Shown one piece after another: positions 10,127-19,864 of a DNA stretch of 64,000 nucleotides. Made by a program: the position numbers and the translations under genes. The stretch spans positions 1,152,001 to 1,216,000 of the forward strand of contig CBDFKD010000002.1 in assembly GCA_965248695.1 (NCBI GenBank), read 5' to 3'. The notes beneath the pieces were generated by a model. It was given only the letters and a program-made list of their open reading frames with translations. It ran no database searches and was not told where the DNA came from. Positions within the stretch are counted from its first letter, which is position 1, and each line of letters starts with the position of its first letter. The DNA comes from Acidobacteriota bacterium. Its GTDB lineage: Bacteria; Acidobacteriota; UBA890; WLXD01.

Positions 10127-10167
10127 TGTTCGGCTAGCCTAGACCACACACCGAGATCGACGCGTCG

Positions 10168-10638
10168 ATGGGGCCGATGAACATATCGCCGGTTGCGACT
10201 CTGCTGCGGGACCCACTGGCACACTTTCTGATCGCGGGCGCGGCGCTGTTCGGGCTGGTGACGCTGTTGGGCGACGAGAGCGCCAGCTCGAACGGGGCTA
10301 TCGTGGTCACCGCGCGAGATACCGGAGGCCTCGCCGAAGCATGGGAGCAGCAGTGGCAGCGACCCCCGACGGAGGCGGAGTTGCTCGGCCAGATCCGGGC
10401 CCATGTGCGCATCGAGATGCTGTATCGAGAGGCGCTCGCCATCGGCCTGGACGAGAACGACTCGGTGATCCGTAGACGGCTCGCACAGCGAATGCAGTTC
10501 GTCCTCGAGGCGGATTCCGACACCGGAGAAGAAGATCCGTTTGCCGCGCTTCTGCGTCGCTACGATGTGACAATCGAGGACGAGCGCCTGCAGGAGCTGT
10601 TCGCCGAGTCGGGCGCGACGGCGGATGCGCCCCGGTGA
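10168..10638 (+). CDS. Short PpiC-type peptidylprolyl isomerase-family homolog lacking the central region
   Basis: LLRDPLAHFL, WQRPPTEAEL and LYREALAIGLD..D.VIRRRL motifs, followed almost directly by the C-terminal LRRYDVTIE. Confidence 0.7.
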   Translation: MGPMNISPVATLLRDPLAHFLIAGAALFGLVTLLGDESASSNGAIVVTARDTGGLAEAWEQQWQRPPTEAELLGQIRAHVRIEMLYREALAIGLDENDSVIRRRLAQRMQFVLEADSDTGEEDPFAALLRRYDVTIEDERLQELFAESGATADAPR

Positions 10639-11642
10639 GAGCCGGGAGCACCGGCCGCTCTTGGGCAGTGACGCTCGGCGCGCTGACCCTGTTGTCGGGC
10701 GCCGCCGAGCCGGCGGTGGCGCACGAGCTATGGCCCGAGTACCTGCAGATCCGCCAGACCGCGCCCGGCGCCTACAACGTGCTGTGGAAAGTGCCGATTC
10801 AGGATCTTCCGCTGGGCCTGGCGCCGATATTCCCCGCCATCTGCCGTCCATCGAGTGAGACGCTCGTCACCCGTACGCCGATCGCTCGGGTCGAGCGCTG
10901 GACGGTCGAGTGTGAGGGCGGACTCGAGGGCAGGACCGTTGCGGTTGAGGGTCTGGCGGACGCCAGCGCCGAAGTTCTGGTGCGCATCGAAGATGCGGGT
11001 GGCGTCCGAACGGTGATGTTGCGACCGCCGAACCCGTCGCTGGTGGTCAGTGCGGCGCCCTCCACGACAGAGGTGGCGAGGACGTACGCCAGACTGGGAG
11101 TGGAGCACATCCTTGCAGGAATTGATCACCTGCTGTTCGTACTTGCGTTGCTGCTGCTGGTGGAGAGCCGCTGGCTGTTGGTGAAGACGATCACCGCGTT
11201 CACCGTTGCCCACAGCCTTACGCTGGGGCTGGCCACGCTGGGCTTTGTGCAGGTCCCGGCGAGCGCCGTCGAGTCCATCATCGCGCTCAGCATCGTGTTC
11301 GTTGCAGCTGAGTTGGTGCGCGCGGCCCGCGGTGATGCCACCCTGACGGTGCGTTATCCGTGGGTCGCCGCCTTCGGCTTCGGGTTGCTGCACGGACTCG
11401 GCTTCGCCGGTGCGCTCGTCGAGCTTGGCCTGCCGCAAGGGGATATCCCCGTAGCCTTGTTGTTCTTCAACGTCGGTGTCGAGATCGGCCAACTGTTGTT
11501 CGTCGGGATGCTGTTGGCGCTTGCCGCGCTCGCCACGCGCATCCATGTTGGCTTGCCCCGGTGGGCCGCGGCGCTGCCACCGTACGCGATCGGTATCGTC
11601 GCGGCGTACTGGTTCGTCGAGCGATTCGCAACGATCTTCTGA
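10635..11642 (+). CDS. HupE/UreJ-family membrane protein
   Basis: AH after signal peptide; GVEHILAGIDHLLF, TAFTVAHSLTL, FGLLHGLGFA and FNVGVEIGQL motifs. Confidence 0.9.
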   Translation: MRAGSTGRSWAVTLGALTLLSGAAEPAVAHELWPEYLQIRQTAPGAYNVLWKVPIQDLPLGLAPIFPAICRPSSETLVTRTPIARVERWTVECEGGLEGRTVAVEGLADASAEVLVRIEDAGGVRTVMLRPPNPSLVVSAAPSTTEVARTYARLGVEHILAGIDHLLFVLALLLLVESRWLLVKTITAFTVAHSLTLGLATLGFVQVPASAVESIIALSIVFVAAELVRAARGDATLTVRYPWVAAFGFGLLHGLGFAGALVELGLPQGDIPVALLFFNVGVEIGQLLFVGMLLALAALATRIHVGLPRWAAALPPYAIGIVAAYWFVERFATIF

Positions 11643-11653
11643 TCGAGTCGCTG

Positions 11654-12877
11654 CTACCAGTCGAACGACACCCGCCACTGGTATATGGACGTCGGGTCGG
11701 TACCGAGATCGGTGATGTCGGCGTGTGTGTAGTTGAACATCAGCCGCACGTTCGGGTTCCAGTACCAGTTCAGGCCGGCGGTGAAGGCAGCGAGCTCGCC
11801 GATGCCTGACGCGGTGCCCTCGCTGAGGTCGGCACGGGCGTAGCGGGCGGCGATCTCCCAGGCGCCGGAGCCACCGTCGCCGACGAAGTTGCTGTTGGGT
11901 CTCAGTCGGTCGAATCGGGTTCCGGTGTACGGCCGCGACTCCCCGGTCAGAAAGTAGCTTCCCTGCACGTACCAGCCGTTGAGCGACGGGTCGTCGAGCT
12001 GCACCGATTTGACCGACGCGTGCACATACTCGCCCTGGAGGCCCAGCGAGCCGATGTTGGCGGAGACCTCTCCCTGGAAGTAATCGGCCGAGGTTGCCGG
12101 AACCGATAGCTGCACGAGCTTCGGTGCCGTGTGGACATCCGGTCGCAGATCGAGGTTCAGGTTCCCGTCGATGAACTTGTGGGTGTAGGCGGCGCCCAGA
12201 TGCAGCATCCGGCGTCCGCAGTCCTCCAGGATCGGAGCGTGCGTTACTCGGGCGGTCAGGTTGTAGTCATCGCCCACCGCGCCGGCGAAGCCGTCGGTCT
12301 CGCGAAACACTCCAGCGGCCCAGCTGGTGCGGCCGTCGATGAGCTTCTCCAGGCGCACACCGAAGTTGCGATCGGGGGAGAAGACGATCGCAAGCGACCG
12401 CTCCATGAAGGTGATGAAGCGGCTGCTGGTCTGTTCCTCGATGCTCCATGGTTCTTTCTGGTGCCCGAACCGCAGCGTCATCGGCAGGTTGCGGACCCCC
12501 AGGTAGGCGTCCTTGATATCGGCCTCCCCGCCGGCGAAGTCGAGCTCCACCTTGTAGTCGACGCTGTCGTACATGCGACCCTGCACGTGCAGCCGGGCGC
12601 GCCGCGCCTCGCTGGAGTTCTCGAGCTTGCCGAAGACGCCGCCGAAGGCGTCCTCGTCGGCGAAGAACGCAGTGTCGAGATGCAGACGTCCCCCGACGCG
12701 GATCTGGATCGGCGGTTCATCCTGGGCGGCCGTCTTTGCCTCCGGCTCGGCCGGGGTTGACGAGTCGGTCGCTTCGGGCGCAGGCAGCACAGGCTTTTGT
12801 GCCAGAGCGTGGCCAGCGTGCAGGAGCGCCAGGGCTGTCGCTGCGAGGCTGAGGATACGGTGGAGCGGTCGTCTCAC
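11654..12877 (-). CDS. OprO/OprP-family phosphate-selective porin
   Basis: RRARL, TSSRFITFMERS, YFLTGESRPY, GAWEIAARY and GLNWYWNPNVR motifs. Confidence 0.9.
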   Translation of the reverse strand: MRRPLHRILSLAATALALLHAGHALAQKPVLPAPEATDSSTPAEPEAKTAAQDEPPIQIRVGGRLHLDTAFFADEDAFGGVFGKLENSSEARRARLHVQGRMYDSVDYKVELDFAGGEADIKDAYLGVRNLPMTLRFGHQKEPWSIEEQTSSRFITFMERSLAIVFSPDRNFGVRLEKLIDGRTSWAAGVFRETDGFAGAVGDDYNLTARVTHAPILEDCGRRMLHLGAAYTHKFIDGNLNLDLRPDVHTAPKLVQLSVPATSADYFQGEVSANIGSLGLQGEYVHASVKSVQLDDPSLNGWYVQGSYFLTGESRPYTGTRFDRLRPNSNFVGDGGSGAWEIAARYARADLSEGTASGIGELAAFTAGLNWYWNPNVRLMFNYTHADITDLGTDPTSIYQWRVSFDW

Positions 12878-12980
12878 ACTGGATCTCGTCGGCTCTTTGG
12901 GGCGCTAGCGCACGCGCCGCCGGCCCCGAATCGGTGTTGCCCTTGCACTTCGCTAATCCAGCGACAATGAACCAGGGCGA

Positions 12981-13019
12981 AGCAAAGGGTGTGTTAACGG
13001 CTCGTCAAGGGAATATTAG
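12981..13019 (-). promoter_or_regulatory. Putative OmpR/PhoB-type direct-repeat operator upstream of the porin
   Basis: Minus-strand hexamers CTAATA, TTGACG, TTAACA and TTTGCT at an exact 11-bp period. Confidence 0.4.
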
Positions 13020-13107
13020 AGGTTCATCCCGCGCCGCGACGGTCGTGCGACGTCCTGCCAGACGGCTGCTAGTCTAGGGCGGGCGTCCCCCTCCTGCCCG
13101 AGCCCGT

Positions 13108-14091
13108 ATGACGTTCTTGTCGCTTGTCTTCGGCCTCGTCGTCCTGTCATTGGGCGCCGAGGCGCTAGTAAAGGGAGCATCCCGCATCGCCGTCTCCCTG
13201 CGCGTCTCGTCGCTCGTCATCGGTCTGACCGTGGTTGCGTTCGGGACCTCGATGCCTGAGATGGTTGCCGGTGGGGTGGCCGCCTGGAACGGCAACACCG
13301 ACATCGTTCTTGGCAACGTGTTCGGTAGCAACATCGCCAACATCGGTTTGATTCTGGGCATCTCCGCCTTGCTGCGGGCCATCCCGGTACAACGGCAGAC
13401 ACTGGTGCGTGAGTTGCCGTTGATGCTGATGGCCACCGCCGCCGTCTACTGGCTGGCCGGAAGGGGCGAGATCGGGCGCGGAGCAGGGGTTGTGCTGGTC
13501 GCAGCGCTGGTGGTGTTCACTTGGCTGGCGCTGCGCTGGGCCCGTCAGGAGACTGACGCTGCGGATGCAGCAAGAACCCTGGTGCAACCTTCTACGGCGC
13601 CATCGGACGGCTCCACTGATTCCGATTCCTCGGACAACGCTCGGAGTCAACTAGCAGTCGAGTGTGCTCGGGTGGTTGCCGGGTTGGTTGGTCTCGGCGT
13701 CGGCGCCCAGCTGCTGGTCACGTCGGCGGTCCTGCTCGCGCGTCAGTACGGCATCAGCGAGTTCGTCATCTCGGTGAGCATGGTGGCGCTGGGAACGTCG
13801 TTGCCTGAGTTGGCGACGTCGGTGGTGGCGGTGTTTCGGGGCCAGACCGACGTGCTAGTGGGCAACATCGTTGGTAGCAACATCTTCAATCTGCTCGGCG
13901 CGCTCGGAGTGGCCGCCATGATTCGCCCGTTGCCGGTGGCGCCGGAGATCGTCGCGTTCGATCTGCCGCTCGTGTTCGTGTTCAGCGTTGCCATGAGCCT
14001 CGGCCTGGGCCTGCACCGCGCTCTAGTGCGGTGGGAGGGAGCGGTGTTGCTCGTCGGCTACCTCGTGTACGTCGGCCGGCTGTTCGTCTAG
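13108..14091 (+). CDS. Calcium/sodium antiporter (YrbG-like, CaCA family)
   Basis: Two alpha repeats, GTSMPE...GNVFGSNIAN and GTSLPE...GNIVGSNIFN. Confidence 0.92.
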   Translation: MTFLSLVFGLVVLSLGAEALVKGASRIAVSLRVSSLVIGLTVVAFGTSMPEMVAGGVAAWNGNTDIVLGNVFGSNIANIGLILGISALLRAIPVQRQTLVRELPLMLMATAAVYWLAGRGEIGRGAGVVLVAALVVFTWLALRWARQETDAADAARTLVQPSTAPSDGSTDSDSSDNARSQLAVECARVVAGLVGLGVGAQLLVTSAVLLARQYGISEFVISVSMVALGTSLPELATSVVAVFRGQTDVLVGNIVGSNIFNLLGALGVAAMIRPLPVAPEIVAFDLPLVFVFSVAMSLGLGLHRALVRWEGAVLLVGYLVYVGRLFV

Positions 14092-14186
14092 GTGAGGGAG
14101 GCGCTGCCGGGAACCGTGGAGCACAACGGCAGCCTGGATTATTGTGGGACCCTGTCAGTCTTACTCTGAGGACCCCTGGAGGACTC

Positions 14187-15797
14187 ATGCGACGCGCTTC
14201 GTCTCGATTTGCTGCCATCTTCGTGCTGCTCCTCGCCACGGCCCTGGCACCGGGCGCGGCACTTGCCCAGCAGCAGGGCCTCGGCGAGCTCGAATTCGCC
14301 AACTCTGGTGCCCCCGAAGCCCAGGACATGTTCGTGCGTGGCCTGCTCTTGCTCCATAGCTTCGAGTACGACGATTCGCGCGAGGCCTTCCAGGCGGCTC
14401 AGGAGATTGATCCTGATTTCGCCATGGCGTACTGGGGTGAGGCACATACGCACAACCACCCGATCTGGCAGCAGCAGGACCGCGATGCCGCACGTGCGGC
14501 GCTGGCCAAGCTCGGGGCAACCCCGGCGGCGCGCTACGCCAAGGCGGGGACGGAACGCGAGCTCGACTACCTGCGGGCGCTGGATGTTCTCTACGGCGAC
14601 GGCGACAAGCGCGCCCGCGACTACGCCTACAGCGATGCGATGGAACAGCTGATGCGCAAGTATCCAGAGGATGCGGATGCGCGCGCCTTCTACGCCCTGT
14701 CGATTCTCGGCACCTGTCACGACGGCCGTGATGTAACGCGCTACATGAAGTCCGCCGCCGTCGTCGAGGAGGTCTACCAGCGCAACCCCGAGCATCCGGG
14801 GGCGCTTCACTACCTGATCCATTCGTACGACGATCCCACCCACGCGCCGCTGGGGCTGCGTGCGGCGCGGCGATACTCCGAGGTGGCGCAACGCGCCGGT
14901 CACGCACTGCACATGCCGACGCATATTTTCGTTGCGCTGGGCATGTGGGACGAGGTTGCGGGTCTCAACGAGGAATCCTGGCAGGCTTCGCTCCGGCGAC
15001 AGCAGAGCAAGGGCCTCGCCAAGCAGGCGCGTGGCTTCCATGCGCGCTTGTGGGAGCACTATGCGTTCCTGCAGCAGGGTCGGTACAGTGCCGCGCGCGG
15101 CCTGATCGACGAGTTCGCCGAGGAGCTCGGAACGGACGGCGACAGCCAGGGTATGCGCGGCGTTCTCGGTGCCATGCGGGCGGCGCAGATCGTTGCTGAG
15201 GGAAGTAGCGACCTGGCGGGCATCGTCAGCGACCTCGACGTCGGCGGCGCCACGCGCGCCAGCCATCAGTACGCTCAACTGGTATCGGCTCTGGAGCGCG
15301 AGGATCGCGGCGCCGCGGAAGCCGCGCTACGGGATGTCTCGGCGATGTTGGGCAGTGCCGACGCCGGCGACTGGCGTGGAGGCAGCGCCCCGGCGCGCAT
15401 CGTCGAGCTGGAAATGCGAGCGCTGCTGGCATTGGACGGCGGCGATGCCGAAGGTGCGATCAGGCAGCTCGAGGAGGCGGCAACGCTAGAGGACGAGCAG
15501 CCGTTTGCCTTCGGGCCGCCGGTGCCGGTAAAGCCGGCTCATGAGCTGCTGGCGGATGTGCTGCTCTCCACCGGCCATCCGGCGGCGGCGATCGAGCACT
15601 ACGACCGCGCCCTGGGGCGCACCCCGGGGCGGGCGATCACCTTGCTGGGCCTGGCGCGTGCGGCCGAGGCGGCTGGGGAGGGAGGGCGCGCCGTTGCGGC
15701 CTACGCGCAGCTGCGCGTCAACTGGGACAACGCCGACGCCGATCTGGCCGACCTGGCGGAGATCAGAGGGGCTGCGGCAACCGGCGAGGAGCGTTGA
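14187..15797 (+). CDS. Secreted TPR/His-motif protein, paralog 1
   Basis: RBS GGAGG, signal peptide, LLHSFEY, AMAYWGEA, HPGALHYLIH and HALHMPTHIF motifs. Confidence 0.8.
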   Translation: MRRASSRFAAIFVLLLATALAPGAALAQQQGLGELEFANSGAPEAQDMFVRGLLLLHSFEYDDSREAFQAAQEIDPDFAMAYWGEAHTHNHPIWQQQDRDAARAALAKLGATPAARYAKAGTERELDYLRALDVLYGDGDKRARDYAYSDAMEQLMRKYPEDADARAFYALSILGTCHDGRDVTRYMKSAAVVEEVYQRNPEHPGALHYLIHSYDDPTHAPLGLRAARRYSEVAQRAGHALHMPTHIFVALGMWDEVAGLNEESWQASLRRQQSKGLAKQARGFHARLWEHYAFLQQGRYSAARGLIDEFAEELGTDGDSQGMRGVLGAMRAAQIVAEGSSDLAGIVSDLDVGGATRASHQYAQLVSALEREDRGAAEAALRDVSAMLGSADAGDWRGGSAPARIVELEMRALLALDGGDAEGAIRQLEEAATLEDEQPFAFGPPVPVKPAHELLADVLLSTGHPAAAIEHYDRALGRTPGRAITLLGLARAAEAAGEGGRAVAAYAQLRVNWDNADADLADLAEIRGAAATGEER

Positions 15798-17485
15798 CCA
15801 CGGCGTTGGGTTGGCGGCAGTCGCCAGGCCCTTGGCCTGATTCAGGCCTGGCGCAAGGCCATCGGCCGCCAAGGCGCCGGAGACACCTGGTCGGTCTGGT
15901 AACGACGGTTGTCGCGTGCTTCGCTGCGACGACCGGGACGGGGAGTGCTCTGGGGCAAGTCGGTGGCCTCGGTGTGCTCGAATTCGCCAACTCGGGAGCG
16001 CCCGAAGCCCAGGACGCCTTCCTCCGTGGGCTGCTGTTGCTCCACAGCTTCGAGTTCGAGGACGCGCGCGAAGCGTTCCAGTCAGCGCGGAAGATCGACG
16101 CTGACTTCGCCATGGCCTACTGGGGCGAGGCTCAGACCCACAACCACGCGATCTGGCAGCGTCAAGATCTCGCCGCGGCGCGTGCCGTGCTGTCGAAGCT
16201 CGGGGCCACCCCCGAGGCCCGCTATGCCACGGCAGGCACCGAGCGCGAGCGCGACTATCTGCGTACGCTGGATGTGCTGTACGGAGCGGGGGACAAGCGC
16301 GAGCGCGATTACGCCTACAGCGACGCCATGCTGCGGCTCATGCTGGCGTACCCGGACGACGCCGATGCTCGAGCGTTCTATGCGCTCTCGGTGCTAGGCA
16401 CCTGTCACGACGGGCGTGACGTGAACCGCTACATGAACGCAGCGGCAGTCGTCGAAGAAGTCTACCAACGCAATCCCGATCACCCTGGAGCGCTCCACTA
16501 CCTGATCCACGCGTACGACGATCCGACCCACGCGGCGTTGGGTCTGCGAGCCGCCCGGCGGTACTCGCAGGTGGCGCAACGAGCGGAGCACGCGTTGCAC
16601 ATGCCGACGCACATCTTCGCGGCGTTGGGCATGTGGGAGGAATCGGCAGCGCTGAACGAGCAGTCATGGCAAGCCTCGCTGCGTCGGCAGCAACGGAAAG
16701 GCCTCGGTACCGAGGCGCGCGGTTACCACGCCCGAGTCTGGGAGCACTACGCGTTTCTGCAGCAGGGACGTCTTGCCGCGGCGCAGCTGCTGGTCGACGA
16801 GTTAGCCACTGCTCCGGGCACCGAGGCAGACGGACCGCTGTTGAGGGTGGCTCTCGCAACCGTCGCGGCGCATCAGATCGTTGCTGCCGGTGGCGGCGAT
16901 CCGGGCGCGGTCGTCACCATTCTCGATGTCGGTGGACCGACGGGCGCCAGCCTGTACTACGCGCAGCTGGTTGCGGCCCTGAACCGTGGAGAGCGCGCCA
17001 TCGCCGAAGGTGCGTTGCGCGCTGTCTCCGAGATGCTCGCCACGCCCGCGGCCGACGATTGGTTGGGACGCAACGAACAGAGCCGAATTGTGGAGCTCGA
17101 GATGCGCGCTCTGCTCGCCCTCGACGCCGGCGATCGGGCAGGTGCGATCCGGCAGCTCGGGCAGGCGACGGCAATCGAGGATCAGCTACCGTTCGACTAC
17201 GGGCCGCCGAATCCGGTGAAGCCGGCCCACGAGCTGCTGGCCGACGTGTTGCGCGAAACCGGCGACGCGGTCGCTGCGATCGAGCACTACGATCGTGCTC
17301 TCGAGCGTACGCCCGGTCGCGCCATCGCCCTGCTGGGTCTGGCGCGCGCCGCGCAAACCGCCGGCGATAGCAGGCGAGCCTCTGCGGCCTATGCGCAGCT
17401 GGGTGTCAACTGGGCCAATGCCGACGACGATCTGGCCGAGCTGGCAGAGGTTCGCGCCGCGATGGCGTCGAGCCAGGAGCAGTGA
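15794..17485 (+). CDS. Secreted TPR/His-motif protein, paralog 2
   Basis: Colinear and highly similar to 14187-15797; 4-nt overlap with it. Confidence 0.8.
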   Translation: MTTALGWRQSPGPWPDSGLAQGHRPPRRRRHLVGLVTTVVACFAATTGTGSALGQVGGLGVLEFANSGAPEAQDAFLRGLLLLHSFEFEDAREAFQSARKIDADFAMAYWGEAQTHNHAIWQRQDLAAARAVLSKLGATPEARYATAGTERERDYLRTLDVLYGAGDKRERDYAYSDAMLRLMLAYPDDADARAFYALSVLGTCHDGRDVNRYMNAAAVVEEVYQRNPDHPGALHYLIHAYDDPTHAALGLRAARRYSQVAQRAEHALHMPTHIFAALGMWEESAALNEQSWQASLRRQQRKGLGTEARGYHARVWEHYAFLQQGRLAAAQLLVDELATAPGTEADGPLLRVALATVAAHQIVAAGGGDPGAVVTILDVGGPTGASLYYAQLVAALNRGERAIAEGALRAVSEMLATPAADDWLGRNEQSRIVELEMRALLALDAGDRAGAIRQLGQATAIEDQLPFDYGPPNPVKPAHELLADVLRETGDAVAAIEHYDRALERTPGRAIALLGLARAAQTAGDSRRASAAYAQLGVNWANADDDLAELAEVRAAMASSQEQ

Positions 17486-17537
17486 GCGTGGCGATCGGGA
17501 ATCGCCAGCACCTGGCCGGCTGGCGTTGCCGGCACCC

Positions 17538-18311
17538 ATGAAGCGCAAGGCATTCGAGCGTCAGCTCAAGCCCTTGCAGCTGGAGCTGGTCCGGCTTCAA
17601 GAGTGGATCAAGCATGAAGGGCTGCGGGTGTGCGTGATCTTCGAGGGACGCGATGCGGCCGGCAAGGGGGGCATCATCAAGCGCATCACGGCGCGCACCA
17701 GCGCCCGGGTGTTTCGCGTCGTGGCGTTGCCCAAGCCGAACGGACGCGAGCGCACGCAATGGTATTTCCAACGTTACGTTAGCCACCTGCCCGCGGCCGG
17801 CGAGGCGGTGCTGTTCGATCGCAGCTGGTACAACCGCGCCGGCGTCGAGCCGGTGATGGGGTTCTGTACCCCCGAGCAGCACCAGAAGTTCCTGCGGCTG
17901 TGCCCGGACTTCGAGCGCTCGCTGGTGGAGTCCGGCGTTCACCTGGTGAAGTACTGGCTCACCGTTGCCCCGGAACAACAGCGCGAGCGCTTCCAGGAGC
18001 GTATTGATGATCCGCGCAAGCACTGGAAGCTGAGTCCCATCGACCTCGAGGCGCAGAGCCGCTGGTATGCCTACTCGCGTGCCCGCGACGCGATGCTAGA
18101 GGCTACCGACACCGACGCGGCGCCGTGGTACGTGGTCGACGCCAGCGATCAACGGCGGGCGCGGCTCAACTGCATTGCTCACCTGCTGAGCCTGTTCCCC
18201 TATCGTGAGTTGCCGCACGAGGCACCGGAGCTGCCGGCGGTCGACGACGACGACCGCTACGACGATGCTGCTGCTCTCACGCCGCGTCGCTGGGTGCCAC
18301 AGACCTACTGA
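17538..18311 (+). CDS. ppk2: Polyphosphate kinase 2
   Basis: FEGRDAAGKGG, FDRSWYNRAGVE and WKLSPID motifs. Confidence 0.95.
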   Translation: MKRKAFERQLKPLQLELVRLQEWIKHEGLRVCVIFEGRDAAGKGGIIKRITARTSARVFRVVALPKPNGRERTQWYFQRYVSHLPAAGEAVLFDRSWYNRAGVEPVMGFCTPEQHQKFLRLCPDFERSLVESGVHLVKYWLTVAPEQQRERFQERIDDPRKHWKLSPIDLEAQSRWYAYSRARDAMLEATDTDAAPWYVVDASDQRRARLNCIAHLLSLFPYRELPHEAPELPAVDDDDRYDDAAALTPRRWVPQTY

Positions 18312-18976
18312 GTCGCCTCTGCCACCGACGCCGATTGGGCTTTCGGCGCATCGCAGTGGACCACGATCGTGCCCGCCACCAGGTCGAAGGCACGCTGCTT
18401 GCGTTCCGAGAAGATCGCCACGATGGCGTCGATCCAGAAGAACTCGAGGAAGAACGGAATGCGGCGCACGATGGCCTTCATCATTCCCAGTCGGAGACCG
18501 TTCTCGGTGACCACGTGGATGCCCAGCAGCCACTTGCCCAGCGTCTGTCCGTAGCGCCACTCGAGCACCGGAAAATAGCCCAGCGACATCAACAGCACGG
18601 CGATCGCGATGGGGGCGAGGACTAGCACACCGAGGCCAAGCGGCACTTCATCTGCGCCCATCAGGCCGAAGGTGAGCAGGCTCACGCCGACCAGCGCCGC
18701 TCCGGCGCAGAGAACCAGCAAGCCGACGCCGAGGTCGATCAGAAAAGCAGCGGTACGACGACCGACCGATGCGAGCCGCACCGGCACATCGGCGAGGTAG
18801 GCGAGGGCCACCTCGCGAGGATCGCCCATGCGGTTGATCGCCTCCTGCATCGACTCCTGGGCCGCAGCGGTCTCCTCCAGGTGCACGCGCAGATCCAGCT
18901 GGATACGGCTGCGCTCGGGCGAGGCTGCAGGAACGTTCTCCATCACCTGACGAACGTACTCGTCGATCGCGGTCAT
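18305..18976 (-). CDS. RDD-family membrane protein with N-terminal HAAS-like helical domain
   Basis: RRTAAFLID, GQTLGK and QRAFDLVAGT motifs; N-terminal AINRMGDP. Confidence 0.85.
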   Translation of the reverse strand: MTAIDEYVRQVMENVPAASPERSRIQLDLRVHLEETAAAQESMQEAINRMGDPREVALAYLADVPVRLASVGRRTAAFLIDLGVGLLVLCAGAALVGVSLLTFGLMGADEVPLGLGVLVLAPIAIAVLLMSLGYFPVLEWRYGQTLGKWLLGIHVVTENGLRLGMMKAIVRRIPFFLEFFWIDAIVAIFSERKQRAFDLVAGTIVVHCDAPKAQSASVAEATQ

Positions 18977-19305
18977 CGGTTGCCTCCGTCTCCGAGCAGA
19001 TCGTCGACCGTGCCGACGAACGATCTCCATTCGCCGATCAGGCGCTGCACCTGCTCGCTCCCCGCGGATGTGACGCGGTAGTACTTGCGCGGCACACCAC
19101 GCTCTTGAGTCTCCCAACGCGGCTCCACATAACCCGCCTTCTCGAGGCGATACAGCACCGGATACAGGGTGCCGTCCTTGATCTGGAAGCTGCCCTCGCC
19201 ACGCTCCTGCAATGTCGTAACGATCTCGTAGCCGTACATCTCGCGCTCCGAAAGCAGCTTCAACAGCACCATCTCGAGGGTGCCGCGCTTCAGTTCTCGT
19301 TCCAT
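18973..19305 (-). CDS. PadR-family transcriptional regulator
   Basis: YGYEI, GTLYPVLYRLE and RKYYRVT motifs; overlaps the RDD gene start. Confidence 0.92.
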   Translation of the reverse strand: MERELKRGTLEMVLLKLLSEREMYGYEIVTTLQERGEGSFQIKDGTLYPVLYRLEKAGYVEPRWETQERGVPRKYYRVTSAGSEQVQRLIGEWRSFVGTVDDLLGDGGNR

Positions 19306-19332
19306 GGTCCGTATTGGTGTGTGTGACTTAAT

Positions 19333-19449
19333 AACTTGTGTAACAAGATAACTTATATAACGAGTGTAGCGCAAGACAACGGTCAGAAAGGGCGCGGTTG
19401 CCAGGTCATCTGTTGGCAACTATAGTGATAGATAATCTAGTAGAGATTA
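19333..19449. promoter_or_regulatory. Divergent promoter region with putative PadR operators
   Basis: AT-rich. Tandem imperfect palindromes ACTTGTGTAACAAGA and ACTTATATAACGAGT at a 17-bp period; plus-strand TTGCCA-N17-TATAGT (19398-19426); palindromes GTTGCCA-N10-TGGCAAC and TAATCT-N5-AGATTA. Confidence 0.65.
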
Positions 19450-19490
19450 CTTGTATCCATCCATCGGCCAACGAGAGAGCGCAGACGGAC

Positions 19491-19853
19491 GTGCACGCGA
19501 ACGGTCCATCCCCAGCCGACAGCCATCTTCCGCTCAGCAACCTCACCTTCCATGTGCTGTTGGCGTTGGTCGATCGAGCGGCGCACGGGTACGCCTTGGG
19601 CAAAGAGATCGAAGAGCGCTCCCGAGGCAAGCTCAAGCCGACGACCGGAGCGTTGTATCAGGCGCTGCGGCGCCTGGAGACAAACGGCCTGCTGGCGTCG
19701 ACCGATGCCCCGCCGGGTGCCTCGAGCGACCAGCGACGCAAGTATTTCCGGCTGACGTCGCTCGGCCGTACCGTGCTGCAGCTCGAAGCGGCGCGGCTGG
19801 AGGAGCTCGTGGCTGCGGCGCGCGCCAAGGCGCTGGCCGCCGAGCGGTCCTGA
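19491..19853 (+). CDS. PadR-family regulator (ADOP-associated type)
   Basis: FHVLLAL, HGYAL, GALYQALRRL and RRKYFRLT motifs. Confidence 0.88.
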   Translation: MHANGPSPADSHLPLSNLTFHVLLALVDRAAHGYALGKEIEERSRGKLKPTTGALYQALRRLETNGLLASTDAPPGASSDQRRKYFRLTSLGRTVLQLEAARLEELVAAARAKALAAERS

Positions 19854-19864
19854 GTCTGCCGACC

